A DNA stretch of 64,000 bases from Octopus vulgaris (GCA_951406725.2 OX597831.1:5208001-5272000); one strand, 5' to 3'; shown: positions 13,271-26,465, counted from the stretch's first letter. Notes: generated from the letters alone by a model not told the origin. Program-made: numbers and translations.

Positions 13271-14638
13271 TCTGAAAGTGTATAGAAACAAAATTTTGTG
13301 TGGTAAATAATATTTAGCTTTACGTGGTTTCGAAACCGGATAGTTAAAATTTCTATTAACAACAGCCACCTGCATGTTTAGCAATGAAATAATTCAATAA
13401 TTCGTGTTTTCTTTCTTTTTTTTTTGAGTGTGTTAGAAAATTTGGACTCGTCCTGTGAGGGTTTATTATCTTTAAATTAGCCATGCGTCGTTGAACGAAT
13501 TTTTTTTTTTGTTTTTGTATATGTAAAAAAACAGAAGATGCAGCTTACTACACAATCCCAAAGCGCGACTTCGGACTCGGGATCCAAGAAAACACGAAAG
13601 AGGATTGATGGTGGTTAATACGGATGAAGCAGAATTAATGAGAGACTTGAAACTTAGAGATACAGCGATACGCATGGACGAAATTTCAGACAAGTTTAAG
13701 AACTACGACATTTATGAAGTCAGTAAAAAAAAAACCCTCAGAATCCTTGAGAACAAATTTAGGAAGACTGTTAGTACTACGAGAATGGACTTCCATCATT
13801 CCAGCTTCCAAGGATTACCTGCTCCGATCCCGCGAGAGGAAAAAAAATGAGGTGGAGACTCCCCACCACTTGAAAATTCAGAATAATTTAAGGTAAGACG
13901 TTTATGGCTTATCACTTTGGTTGTTTAAAGGTACGTGGCCTGATGTTACAAAGATTTTTGAAATTTTTTTCAGAATCATAATCTCCATATTTTTACGCAT
14001 ATTTTGAAAAAAAAAAATGTGAAAAAAGTTTAAAATGAAAGAAATGGGGGTGGGAGTGGTAATTTAGAAATGTCGATTTTTGCCAATTTTTTTACAGATC
14101 CGTATTCCCCGTAGCCGAAAAGTGGGGTTTGTGTCGAAAGAAAAAAAGTTTTTAAAAGTGTGTTTTTTTTTGTTTCTTCTTTTTTTGTTGGGGGCGGAAG
14201 TCTTGCCGACATCAAGTCGCAGGATTTGGATGTAACTGTTGCTGCAGAAACCCGGCTGAGAGGGCCCAAAGATCTGCTCCCCCCTGCTGAATGCCGACGA
14301 GAAATACACTTCTCCGCGACAGGTGAGAGTGAGGTGCTGGTCCTATTAATTGAACATTTTGGACGTACTATTTTGTGTGAGGGGAGTAAAACATTTTTTA
14401 TAATTTTTTTATTCGATTGATATTTTATTTTATTGTAGTTTATTTATATTTTTAGTAGCATGACACGCCTGAGAATTTTTAGTCGATTGTATTTACCTTT
14501 TTGAGAAGCCGTTGTATATATTTGTATTTTTATTCGCAAATATTTTTTACTGTCTGTGTTTTTTGTATATGTATATTTTATATGCTTAAGAACCATGGTA
14601 ATTTTTTATATATGATCAAATGTTTGGAGGTGTGGTGA

Positions 14639-15018
14639 TCTATTATATAAAATCCGTTCTGTCTGTCTGTGTGTAGGATCTCGGGCATCCTCCATCCGAT
14701 TGCGCTCAAATTTGATATGTAGATACCGACGGTATCAGGGCGTGTATAAGTCTTGAAAAAAATTACATAAATCGATTCCAGATGAGAATGCGATCGATAA
14801 AGCCGTGAGAACGTGCATTTGTACGCGCAAGTACATCAGCTGTTGAGATCGATACTACGCGTACGCGAGAAAAATGCACGTGCAGTTTGCGCAAAAAAGC
14901 CGGCTGGCTTGAAATAATGCCACAAAATGCAGTATATTTAAGAGATCAATAAATTTGGTGTAAATGTTTGACAACTCAGCACCGTCCATTGGACGGAGGG
15001 TGGGGGGCGTTTTGCTCG
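14639..15018 (+). mobile_element. Non-autonomous Helitron-like element
   Basis: 5' TC-TATTATATAAAA, (CTGT)n, CCGATTGCGCTCAAATTTG; subterminal hairpin CCGTCCA-t-TGGACGG; ends CTCGT. Confidence 0.6.
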
Positions 15019-15047
15019 TATATATATATATATATATATATATAGAC

Positions 15048-15542
15048 ATCCTCCGTCTTGCCAGAAAAAAGGCCTTTTCGTTTGTTTTCTTGTTTATTTT
15101 ATTGTGCAGTTTTATTGTTACGTCCTGTTTGTGTTACATCTTTTTCTTGCTTGTTTTACCCCTCTGCGAGGTAATTTTATTTTAATTCTCTCGCAGGAAG
15201 GCCTAGTTTTGACGAGTCGTGTCCTGTCTTGCCTTCGAAACACGCTTGAGTCTAACTAGCGACAGCTGATGATTGGGGATCTTTCCTTGTGTAGTATGTC
15301 CTGTACTTTGTTTTTCTGTTGTAGAAAAATGTTTTTCCCGTTTTCGTTTCTCGTCTAGTTCCACGTCTCTGTTTTTCTGTTGTAAAAAAATGGCTTTTCC
15401 GTTTTCGTTTCTCGTTGAGTTCTACGTCTAGTTGTGGTGTCCTGTACTCACGTATATATATTTATATATGCATATATATATATACATGTAGATGTAGGTA
15501 CGTACATATATGTTTGTATGTATGCATATATTTTATTTATTA

Positions 15543-15548
<6 letters not shown>
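15048..15548 (+). mobile_element. Repeat family H2 with permuted hammerhead motif at 15218-15279
   Basis: Homologous to 32775-33265 and 33550-34050. Confidence 0.8.
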
Positions 15549-15594
<46 letters not shown>

Positions 15595-15734
15595 CGTTGA
15601 CTCGAATTTGATGTTTGTTCTATGATCGATGTTTCTCGAATATAAACAAATTCGGTAAATAGGGGATAGCTCATGACGTTGTGTACTTATATCATAAGCA
15701 CACACACACACACATAACAAACACACACATAACA

Positions 15735-16616
15735 GGTACTACTAGCGAACAGTGGTCCCGGAGCGCGCACTCGCTCTAGCTAGTCGTAAGTAGTCGATCC
15801 TACAACGACTTGCATGTATGCAAATGAATAGATTCAAGCATGCGCGATACATGTTTGTATTCAAGGCTGAATACATATCAAAGAAAATGGCTTCTTTGTA
15901 TTTTTCGAACAAAGTAAATAAAACGCAAAGTAAATAATCTTTAAAAAAATTTTTTAAGCCTGACCCTAACCTTAGTTTGTTTATAAAAAATAATTTATTT
16001 ACTTTGTGTTTTATTTACCTTGTTCGAAAAATATTATTTAATTTGTGTAAAAAAATTATATACATTGTTTAAAAAAAAAACATTTTCTTTGATATGTGGA
16101 ATGGAAGCACTCCGTCGGTTCCGACGACGAGGGTTCCGGTTGATCCGAATCAACGGAACAGCCTGCTCGTGAAATTAACGTGTAAGTGGCTGAACACTCC
16201 ACAGACACGTGTACCCTAAACGTAGTTCTCGGGGATATTCAGCGTGACACAGAGAGTGACAAGGCCGGCCCTTTGAAATACAGGTACAACAGAAACAGGA
16301 AGTAAGAGTGAGAGAAAGTTGTGGTGAAAGAGTACAGCAGAGATCACCACCATCCCCTGCCAGAGCCTCGTAGAGCTTTAGGTGTTTTCACTCAATAAAC
16401 ACTCACAACGCCCGGTCTGGGAATCGAAACCGCGATCCTACGACCGCGAGTCCGCTGCCCTAACCACTGGGCCATTGCGCCTCCACCTTTGATATGTATT
16501 CAGCCTTGAAATACAAACATGTATCATTTGCATACGCACAAGTCGTTGTAGGATCGACTACTTACGACTAGCTAGCGCGAGTGCGCGCACCGGGATCACT
16601 GTTCGCTAGTAGTACC
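15735..16616. mobile_element. Fold-back MITE (Mutator-like) interrupted by a SINE
   Basis: Long TIRs GGTACTACTAGCGAACAGTG.../...CACTGTTCGCTAGTAGTACC; inner inverted repeat about 15900-15937 / 15995-16031; 9-bp flanking repeat CACATAACA/CACACAACA. Confidence 0.85.
16098..16486 (-). mobile_element. SINE family A, full length
   Basis: Reverse complement of 874-1260; TSD CTTTGATATGT (16087-16097 / 16487-16497). Confidence 0.92.
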
Positions 16617-16699
16617 CACACAACACACATTTTATATATAGAGAATGAAATGTAATTTGTTTTATGAAACGTTTTTTTTTAATATTTCCAATGTAAGTC

Positions 16700-18020
16700 C
16701 TTTATTTAGTTCAATGTTTTGCCCTTGCTCAGCCCCTTCTTGATCAAGAGACGAGAAAATGTCCTATTTGTGAGCCCTTTCTTACAGATTTAGTCATGGG
16801 GCTTGCAAATATGTTTACCTTAAAATTTAATACAATTACATTATCTGGTGTCGGATATTCGCTTGTAATTTGTGGTTTCGCGCTGTTGAGGAAGGATTTT
16901 CTTCATTTCAGGCTTTAGTTATACGTTATAAATATTTGTTTGCGGTTAGGTGTGGTACATGTCGTATTCTTTTTATATGTTTCTTAATATATCTTTTCTA
17001 CAAACAGGATGCGCGGTCGTATAGCATACTTTATGCATGGTTTATATGTTTATATTGGGCTACGCTCGTTGCAGCTCTGTATTATTCTATTACCAGATCT
17101 ACTTCTTTAAACGATACACGTCATTAACTAATGTTTATTTTAAAGGTAAAGTTTCTTTACTGAAAAAAAATTTCGATGTCCATTTATGAAAAGATTTGGT
17201 TACGGATATTTTGTGTCTAATGGGACACTCACTTTCTCTCTGCATGCATGGGATTTTGTTTGTGTTTTATGCGTAAACTCAGGTTTGTTCGTATTCCTGT
17301 ATGAATATCTAAAAATTGGGTGGTGTTGTGGTCCGAATTAGTGTAAGAATTATTAGAATTATGCAAGAGAAACAGCGCTAGATCAACATTTTTATATATC
17401 GTATCACATACTTAACGTATGGTTTTCGTTGAAAAATCACAGGCTACAGTTGTTTTCTCGGCAGAAGAAAAGGATAAGAGATCAAGAGAAAAATACAAAG
17501 AACTGATACCAATTTTACGAGGTCTGCTTACATGGCAGGTCTAGAGTAAAACGGAAGTTAAGTGGAATAAAAGGACCAAAGGTGGAGATGCAACCAGGAC
17601 TACAGGAAATGATAGAGAAAAAGGGGTGGCGAAAGAGGGAGGGGTCGATAAATTAAGTACCAGTTGCGCACTGGGGTCGATCTAATTGACTGCGCCCCAC
17701 AAAAAGAAAATCGGGCCTTGTGCCTAGAGTAGAAAAGAAATAATATATAGTATATATAGTATAAAATAGCAACACTGATGTATGTTGCTATCAATACTGG
17801 AGAATCATCTGCAGTAAACCAGACTTCATTGAAGTTTCGACTACTTAAGAATTATACATCTCTGGCTGGCTGAACGCAACAAAATTGGGATAACTAACTC
17901 AGTACCTTGTCCGGCGTAGCTGCAAGCTTCTCGGCTATTCAACACGAACCAAATTCTGCTATCCAACTAATTTCTCTCACAAACTCCTGCATCTCATGTC
18001 CATGTGAAAACATCGGTCTG
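16700..18020 (-). pseudogene. Highly decayed RTE-like RT remnant, interrupted by a SINE D fragment at 17640-17735
   Basis: Only faint motif resemblance on minus strand (PNLFING, KEVD..RA); many stops. Confidence 0.35.
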
Positions 18021-18466
18021 GTTACATATTATATCACATTCTAATATACATGCGTCTCTGGAGTACTCAGCCAGCTATACGTTACTACAATGAAAAAACA
18101 GTTCACTTGATCGAAGTCAAATACTCATCGTCGAAACCGACGGAGGACGGAATTACATTTTATAGACACTAAGAAATACTGACACTTTTTAACATTGCCG
18201 TAGAGCAATAAAATTTGACAGACATAAATAGTGAAATAGAATGTATAAATCATAATAACTATCCACCCAGACATAAATATATATAAGTATATATATACGT
18301 GGGTGTTGAATGTTCTTTCATATACACACACATATGTAAACGATCGTATGTGTATATGCATGTATATGTATATACATATACATATGTATATATATCTATA
18401 TATATGCATATATATGTATATATATATATATAAGTGTGTGTGTGAATGTGTTATGCGTATTGTGAG

Positions 18467-18527
<61 letters not shown>

Positions 18528-18565
18528 GACAGACAGAGATTTATATATGATTGTATGTATGTATG

Positions 18566-18608
<43 letters not shown>

Positions 18609-19239
18609 CATTTATAATCATGTGTATATATATATATATATGTTTGTGTTTGGATAAAGAGAGAACGTGGGGAAGATATAGATTTTGTGTGTACGTCTGT
18701 GTATAAATATACATATAAATATAGTTACACACAGATGCACATATATATATATATATATGTGTGTGTGTGTAGACCGGTATATAGGGATAAGTTATCCATG
18801 CGCGTTTCCAAGTTCAGACTAACCACATAAAACAGTAGGGAGCACCTTGGATTGCTTAGGTTAAGCAATCCCACTGTAATTCATCTGATAAGTAAACCCT
18901 GGGTTCACTTGACTGGAGTAGGAATATTTTGAGGAGCGTAAATCTAAAGCAATTACTAAGAATACCGAGAACCGTACATCTCCGAATTTTTGTTTTTAAC
19001 TTTCCCTGTTAATTATACTGCATAGTTTGGTGAATATGACCGACACGTGTTTCTGCCGAAATAGAAAATGTGCAGTTGCATATGAGACCCGCTATTTTCT
19101 GCTATGTGCCTTCATTCAGGATCTTTCCATCCGATCATTAGTAACATATGGCCATCTGGCTGATAGTTTTCCATTCTTTCGCACTCACCTTGAAGAAGAC
19201 AACCACATACAACTTTTTGATGATTCTCATTACAATGAG

Positions 19240-20027
19240 AATCAAAGGTATCTCAGATTTGATACACGGAACAAACTGATGGCCTTACAGTAGAGCTAGG
19301 AAGCGAATGGTCTTGAGCTTCAGAAAGAACGCTAAAGAAAGTAAGCTATTTTGGAACATGGTATCGGAAATGGAACCAAGCATGTTGCAATTACTTCTGA
19401 GAGAAGAGAGAAGTACACTGTGCTTCTATTTTCCGGCTAATATTCACTGCTGGAGATTAGAGCTTCGCCGTTGAATGACATGGATTCTGAGGTTATGTGA
19501 GTCGTTGGAACATGTTCTGAAAGAATGTAACGCCATTCCTGGCAAAGCATGCATGATGTCATAACTAAGTACTGTGTGGCTTTGCACCTGTCCTAAAACA
19601 TCAGATCGGCAGCAATACATTGCTTGAACTAAACAAGTTTGTGGGTATACATTGCTGCCGATCTGATGTTTTAGGACAGGAGCAAAGCTACACAGCATCT
19701 AATTATGACATCATGCATGCTTTGCCAGGAATGGCGTTACATTCTTTCAGAACATGTTCCAACGACTCACATAACCTCAGAATCCATGTCATTCAACGGC
19801 TAAGCTCTAAACTCCAGCAGTTAATATTAGCCAGAAAATAGAAGCACATTGTACTTCTCTCTTCTCTCAGAAGGAATTGCAACATGCTTGGTTCCATTTC
19901 CGATACCGTGTTCCAAAATAGCTTACTTTCTTTAGCCTTCTTTCTGAAGCTCAAGACCATTCGCTTCCTAGCTCTACTGTAAGACCATCAGTTTGTTCTG
20001 TGTACCAAATCTGAGATACCTTTGATT
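19240..20027. repeat. 788-bp palindrome: 377-bp arms (19240-19616 / 19651-20027) with a 34-bp spacer
   Basis: Arms are reverse complements with scattered mismatches; also visible as the same peptide in ORFs 19444-19698(-) and 19620-19841(+). Confidence 0.95.
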
Positions 20028-20874
20028 TTTTGCCTAGATATCTTTGTAACCTCACCTTCTCCCCTAGGCACATGCAAACTTTCTACCAAGTACTATTCTG
20101 TTTTGCAGTTCCTTCTTCCCACATTCACAGCAATAGATTCCCTAATATCTAACGACACCCGAACAGTGTTTGTAAATACGAGATACGTTGTTTTCTTGTC
20201 GAAGCACTTTCGGATCTCACCTTTGCGACATCCGAAAGATCGAATTAAATTATAAGATCAGGTAGGAGCAGCTCATCAACGATCGAGTATATAGAAAGAC
20301 ACCATGGAGGGGATCTGAGTACCCAGGGTTTTCCTCATATATGTTTAAAGTATACCCACAAACTTGTTTAGTTCAAGCAAAATTGTCACCAACCCCCAAA
20401 GATTCAAAGTTTCATAGAATTTCCTTACGTATATCCTCCACTCTTTAACCACGTCCAATAAGAATTAAATGATTTCTTAGCCTTGTGGCGAGGTTCCATT
20501 ATGTTTTCTCTTTTGTTTCTGCTGTTGGTCTTCCTTAATCTGACACTCGTTTGCTTGTTTCTTCCTCTGTTTTGTCTCAGCCCCATTAACCGTACCTCGG
20601 TACATTTTAGGGATAATTAAGATATACAACCTTAATTATTTAGACATGAAGCCGTTAAAGTTATTCCATAGAAACATACAGTGATTCTTATCTAGAGATA
20701 TTCAGGCCTGGATATGAATAGCAGTCAAGCACATGGTATTAATATAAAATGGCCAAAACGTCCAAAGGGTTCGCGATGATGCAGTTTAAGTACAACCGAA
20801 AATATTATTTTCTTATCGATGCAGTGACCATACATCAACACAGTGAAGTTATAAAGATAAAAACCTTTATCTAA

Positions 20875-21034
20875 AGGCGCGGGAGTGGCTGTGTGGTTAG
20901 TAGAGTGCTTACCAACCACATGGTTCCTGGATCAGTCCCACTGCGTGGCACCTTGGGCAAGTGTCTTCTTCTATAGCCGTGGGCCGACCAGAGCCTTGTG
21001 AGTGTTGGTAGACGGAAACTGAAAGAAGCCCGCC

Positions 21035-21092
<58 letters not shown>

Positions 21093-21300
21093 CTGTCTGT
21101 GTTTGTCCCCTACCATCGCTTGACAATCGATGCTGATGTGTTTACGTCCCCGTAACTCAACGAAACTCAGCAAAAGAGACCGATAGAATAAGTACTAGGC
21201 TTACTAAGAATAAGTCCTGGGGGCCGATTTATTCGACTAAAAGGCGGTGCACCAGCATGGCCGCAGTAAAATGACTGAAACAAGTGAAAGAAAAAAAAAG
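20875..21300 (+). mobile_element. SINE family C, full length
   Basis: GGCGCGGGAGTGGCTGTGTGG head to GAAACAAGTGAAAG tail. Confidence 0.88.
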
Positions 21301-21724
21301 AATAGCGAAGAGCGATAGTTGTGAAATCTAGACTCTCAATCCTAACCCACGCAAATTACATTTTCGTTCGGCAAATCATGTAATTTATTCACTAGGAGTG
21401 CTTAACAGCTAATTAGAAATTTGACCTGGCTTCGAATGATGTCCATAGGAAGTAAATGAACAGAAAGCAGGAATCTTAAATATACATATTCATACGTAGA
21501 TACATATAATATTTCACATCGTATACATACATACATAAATGAATATGTGTGTGCGTGTGTTTATTCGTCAGTGTGTTATAGATTAGCAGACAGACAGACA
21601 CGCACAAACAGATAGACACACATACAGAGAATAGCAGGTAGTCAGACAGATATGCAGATAGAGAGATTGGTAGACAGACAGACAACTTTCATTATTGGTC
21701 ACACAGGACTGAACACAGAGGGGA

Positions 21725-21776
21725 CTAGATAGATAGATAGGCAGAGAGAAAAGGACGGATAGATAGATAGGTAGAC

Positions 21777-21820
<44 letters not shown>

Positions 21821-21858
21821 GCAGAGATAGATAGATAGATAGATAGATAGATAGGCAG

Positions 21859-21932
<74 letters not shown>

Positions 21933-21940
21933 GCAGACAC

Positions 21941-22001
<61 letters not shown>

Positions 22002-22095
22002 TAAACAGAGAGAAATGGACTAGATAGGCAGACATAGATAGATAGATAGATAGGCAGACAGATAGATAGATAGATAGGCAGATAGATAGATAGGC

Positions 22096-22185
<90 letters not shown>

Positions 22186-22250
22186 GCAGGCAGACAGAGA
22201 TAGATAGATAGATAGATAGATAGACAGAGAGAAATGGACGGATAGATAGA
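21725..22250. repeat. Compound (GATA)n array with an internal higher-order duplication
   Basis: CAGAGAGAAA.GGAC motif at about 21741, 22006 and 22225. Confidence 0.9.
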
Positions 22251-22568
22251 GAGTAGAGCAAAACGTTTACAAAGGACACCACATACAGAGCAACGCTCGG
22301 AATTCAGTCGAAATAGATCACTACTTAGGATAAATATATTGTATAATACTGATATCGAAGTTTTGCTCATGGAGGTTTCTTCAAATTGTTTTAAAAATGC
22401 TACCACCAGGAAAACTTCGAAGTCACTGTCGATAAAATAACAAATATTAAACATAGCACATGAAATGGGGCAATATTTTGAACAATGCTGTTTGTATTCA
22501 TTTGAAAACACTTATTTCTATAACCGTATGTCTATTTATATTATGTGTGTACTTATATATACATACAT

Positions 22569-22624
<56 letters not shown>

Positions 22625-22773
22625 GTCTGTATACTTATACGTGTATATGTGTATGTCTAGAGGTATGTATGATTTATTTTCGTGCAAATAGACAGTTAAT
22701 CATGCATATAAACATGGGCGTTTGCCTACAAAGACACATAAATACACACACATATAGGTGTGTCAATATATAG

Positions 22774-22809
<36 letters not shown>

Positions 22810-22996
22810 TTGTGTGTGTGTATAGAAATGTCTGTTTTTACAACTAAATAACAAGCCTGAAACCATTGAAATGAATTATTGGGTTTAACGTAATACAGTT
22901 TCTTCACTTTCTTTAACTCCATACAAATATTTCATAGGTTTTGAAGTTATAAAAGTTGACATATATGTCTACGCGCACCTACACGCACACACAACT

Positions 22997-23305
22997 GGTA
23001 CTCCGTCGGTTGCGACGACGAGAGTTTCAGCTGATCCGATCAATGGAACAGCCTGCTCGTGAAATTAACGTGCAAGTAACTGAGCAGTCCCGAGATGCGT
23101 GTACCCCTAACGTACTTCCCAGGGGAGTTTCCAGCAAGGCACAGGAAAGTGACAAAGTTGGCTCAATTGAATTTTTGCCAGCTGACTGGACCGAAGCTAC
23201 GTGAAATATAACGTCTAGCTCAAGGACTTAACGTGTCGCCAGGAATCGAACTTGAACTCTCGATCAAGAGCCAAATATTCTAACCACTGGGTCACACGCC
23301 TTCAT
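22997..23305 (-). mobile_element. Decayed SINE: family A-like 3' end joined to a family F-like head
   Basis: CTCCGTCGGTTGCGACGACGAG...; GGAATCGAACT...CTAACCACTGGG. Confidence 0.6.
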
Positions 23306-23334
23306 TACACACACACACACACACACAGATGTAT

Positions 23335-23395
<61 letters not shown>

Positions 23396-23397
23396 CA

Positions 23398-23570
23398 ATG
23401 GGCTTCTTTTAGTTTCCGTCTACCAAATCCACTCACAAGCCTTTGGTCGGCTCGGGGCTATAGCAGAAGACACTTAACCAAGGTGCCATGAAGTGGTACT
23501 GAACCCAGAACCATGTGGTTGGGAAGCAAGTTTCTTACCACACATCCATGCCTGTGCCTATGTGTGTGTA

Positions 23571-23619
<49 letters not shown>

Positions 23620-23840
23620 TGGAAGAAGCTCGACATATATATATATATATACTGGAAGAAGCCCGATGTATATATATATATCAGGCTTCTTTCAGTTTCC
23701 GTCTACCAAATCCACTCCCAAGGCATTGGTCGGCTCGAGGCTATTGTGCTAGATATTTGATAAATGTGTCCCGCATTGGGTCTGAACATGGAACCATTCG
23801 ATTGCGAAGCAAGCTTCTTACCCCGCATCCACGCCTGTGT
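23398..23840 (-). mobile_element. Two 5' halves of SINE family C
   Basis: GGCTTCTTT.AGTTTCCGTCTACCAAATCCACTC occurs twice. Confidence 0.75.
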
Positions 23841-23949
23841 CTATATGAACGAAAACGATTTTCATCTCACATGACATAACCCCGCACCTAAAACTGAGGC
23901 TAGTCAACCTTTATATAATGTCAATCGTTTTGTGCGGTGCTGAATCTTG

Positions 23950-24300
23950 AACAATCTGCAGAGTTATGTAAAAGAACATCGAAGCCTTTGCGATGTGGAT
24001 TTGGGCAGGAGAGGTCAGGATGACAGAGTAACAAAAACTGCAATACTACAAGAGATGAAAGAGCAAAAATAATTATTGTCAAGAATGAAGCCCAGAAAAC
24101 TACCAAATGTTGGACACACGATGCGTCACGAGTCATTGCCTGAAACCATTTTGACAGGAAAAGTGGAGGTGAGTGAGAGCATAGAGGCGGTCAAAGATGT
24201 TTGTTGACTGAAGACGTCTAAGAATTTAAAGAAAGCTGGAGAAACTCTGCAAACCGAGCTCTGGCCGCAGGGTGGGCATGTGGTTGAAGGCTGATGAACC
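23950..24300 (+). pseudogene. Decayed RTE LINE 3' end
   Basis: GHTMRHESLPETILTGKVE, typical of the RTE C-terminus. Confidence 0.6.
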
Positions 24301-24637
24301 GGCTTTTGATCACATTAATATACCTCACCCAGCGGTTTGCTCTTGCAATGAACACTGCCCTGACACCACCCTACCGTCACACAGACACAAGACAAAACAT
24401 TAGCAGTCATCAATTCCACATGCATATTAGTCGCTCCGGCCATCCGGTTTCGTTTCAACCTCTCAAAAACAACAAATTATAACTAACTATAGTTATTTCA
24501 ATATATACCCTATCTATGTTTCTAATAACTATAATTTAAAGCTGACAAAATTTTCCCTACCTCTGAAGAAACGAAGTACTAATAAAACTACTAAATACGG
24601 AAATACATTTTATTCTCTCATTCTCAAACTATTATAT

Positions 24638-24849
24638 AGACCGCCATGTTGAATCGTTAGCTCCTGCACGCATTTTTTTCTCTCCTTGTTTCTCTCCGTG
24701 TTTCTTTTCTGTGTATCTTTCTGTTGAAGAGCGTAGGCTCGAAACGTAAAGGACTTGTTTTATTTCTATTCTTGAGCGCCATACTAATACAATTGTTTGT
24801 TTGTACTCCACCTGCCTGCGTTTTTTGTTTATTTTCGTAAAGCTTCCCG

Positions 24850-24852
<3 letters not shown>
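24638..24852 (+). mobile_element. H1-related repeat with minimal HHR-like motif at 24716-24753
   Basis: TCTTT-CTGTTGA-A-GAGCgtagGCTC-GAAA-CG-TA-AAGGA (core A6 changed to U). Confidence 0.65.
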
Positions 24853-24906
<54 letters not shown>

Positions 24907-25037
24907 ATAATCCCATGACATATCGCAGGTCATCTATCGAGGTCTATTATTTAAGCTTACGTCGATTCCTCCGTGGTCGTGTTTTGCATTTATAATAAAA
25001 TAAATATATACAAATTATAGAAATAATAATAACAGAG

Positions 25038-25123
25038 TACAGTACTGTTTCTACTTCGCGGATTTTGACCTATCGCGGGGGATTTTGGAACGTAACACCC
25101 GAAAGAGTCGAGGATTTATTGTA
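25038..25123. mobile_element. Tiny pogo/Tigger-like MITE
   Basis: TA-CAGTA...TATTG-TA with imperfect TIRs. Confidence 0.45.
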
Positions 25124-25172
25124 TAGTAATGGTCAGGAGAACGGAGATTTTCCACATCTATAATTGTATTAG

Positions 25173-25450
25173 TGGAGGCACATGGCCTAGTGGTTAGAGC
25201 AGCCGACTCGCGGTCGAGGGATGGCGGGTTCGAATCTCAGACCGTGCGATGTGTGTGTTTATGAGCGAAATACCTAAGCTCTCCGCGGCTGCGGCAGAAG
25301 GTAATGGCGAACTTCTGCTCACTGTTTCCTCCTGCATCTTGCAGCCCACCTGCGACGGTCCAGCGTCCTGTTCAGGTTGGGAACCTGTACGCCAAGGAAA
25401 CCGGGAAACCGGCCCTCATGAGCTAGGCGTGGCTTGAGAAGGAACAAACA
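25173..25450 (+). mobile_element. SINE family B (probably OR2-type; Meta/V-like block)
   Basis: TGGCCTAGTGG A box, GGTTCGAATC B box, CCTGCGACGG...GAAACCGG block. Confidence 0.85.
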
Positions 25451-25878
25451 TAATTTTCTTAAGTAGTTATTTACAGCATTCTTTCGTGCACCTACGCACA
25501 TTTCACCTGCATCAACTGAACGCTGTTAGGCGCGTTTAGGTCTTACTGTCGATGCATTTTCTACAGACCATTATTTACTGCCATTCGAAGTTAAGCTGAA
25601 GAAATCAGGAAACCGAAAGAATAGTTTCATTTAGGTGTTGGTATTACTATAAATAGCTGTATCATTCCTGTATATGATGGATCTTCTGTCGGTTTCGACG
25701 TATGGGGATCCGACAACCTAATCTTTCTTTGTCAGTCATAATGCTTATGTCGAATCTGGCATTTAAGTCCCGCCAACGATTTGCAAGAAGATCACAGATG
25801 TTGCAATTATGAAGATTACTGGTCAGTGCAGGTAGTATATTTTCAGCCGCTTTACTCTTTTGCCTTGAACCCCAACTT

Positions 25879-25927
25879 TGGAATGGATGCGTGGCGTTCA
25901 ATAAAATAATAATAATAAATAATATAC

Positions 25928-25995
<68 letters not shown>

Positions 25996-26150
25996 GAATG
26001 GATGCGTGGCCTTCAATAAAATAATAATATAAATAATATACTATATATATATATATATATATATATACATACATACATACATAAACTTGGGAATGGATAC
26101 GTGGTCTTCAATAAAACAATAATATAAATAATATATATATATATATATAT
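25879..26150. repeat. Three tandem copies of GGAATGGAT.CGTGG..TTCAATAAAA followed by (TA)n
   Basis: Units start near 25880, 25995 and 26089. Confidence 0.85.
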
Positions 26151-26151
26151 A

Positions 26152-26427
26152 TGGGTTCGGACGTCACCAAGTGTAAACAACAAAGTGAACACAAATAAGT
26201 TAAATACGCAAACAACGAGAGAAGCAAATGGAAAACAGGAAAAGTAACACAAAGAATGACCCTTCATCAGTTGTCGGCTGCCTATCTACTCCTCATTTCG
26301 AGCATTCAACGACAATGAAGAGTAGATAGAGAGCCAACAACTGACGAAGGGTCGTTCTTTGTGATACTTGTCCTGTTTTCCATTTTAACTCGTACCTCAT
26401 GTTGTTTACAGTTGGTGACGTTCTGTA

Positions 26428-26432
<5 letters not shown>
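26152..26432. mobile_element. Fold-back dimer of an H2-related repeat with permuted HHR strands at 26254-26315 (-)
   Basis: Arms about 26152-26297 and 26314-26432 are reverse complements; CTGATGAAGGG on minus, CTGACGAAGGG on plus. Confidence 0.8.

Positions 26433-26462
<30 letters not shown>

Positions 26463-26465
<3 letters not shown>

Noticed and set aside
13925-14630. Kolobok-like element starting TTAA-AGG
   Set aside because: No matching right terminus was found, so it is not supported.
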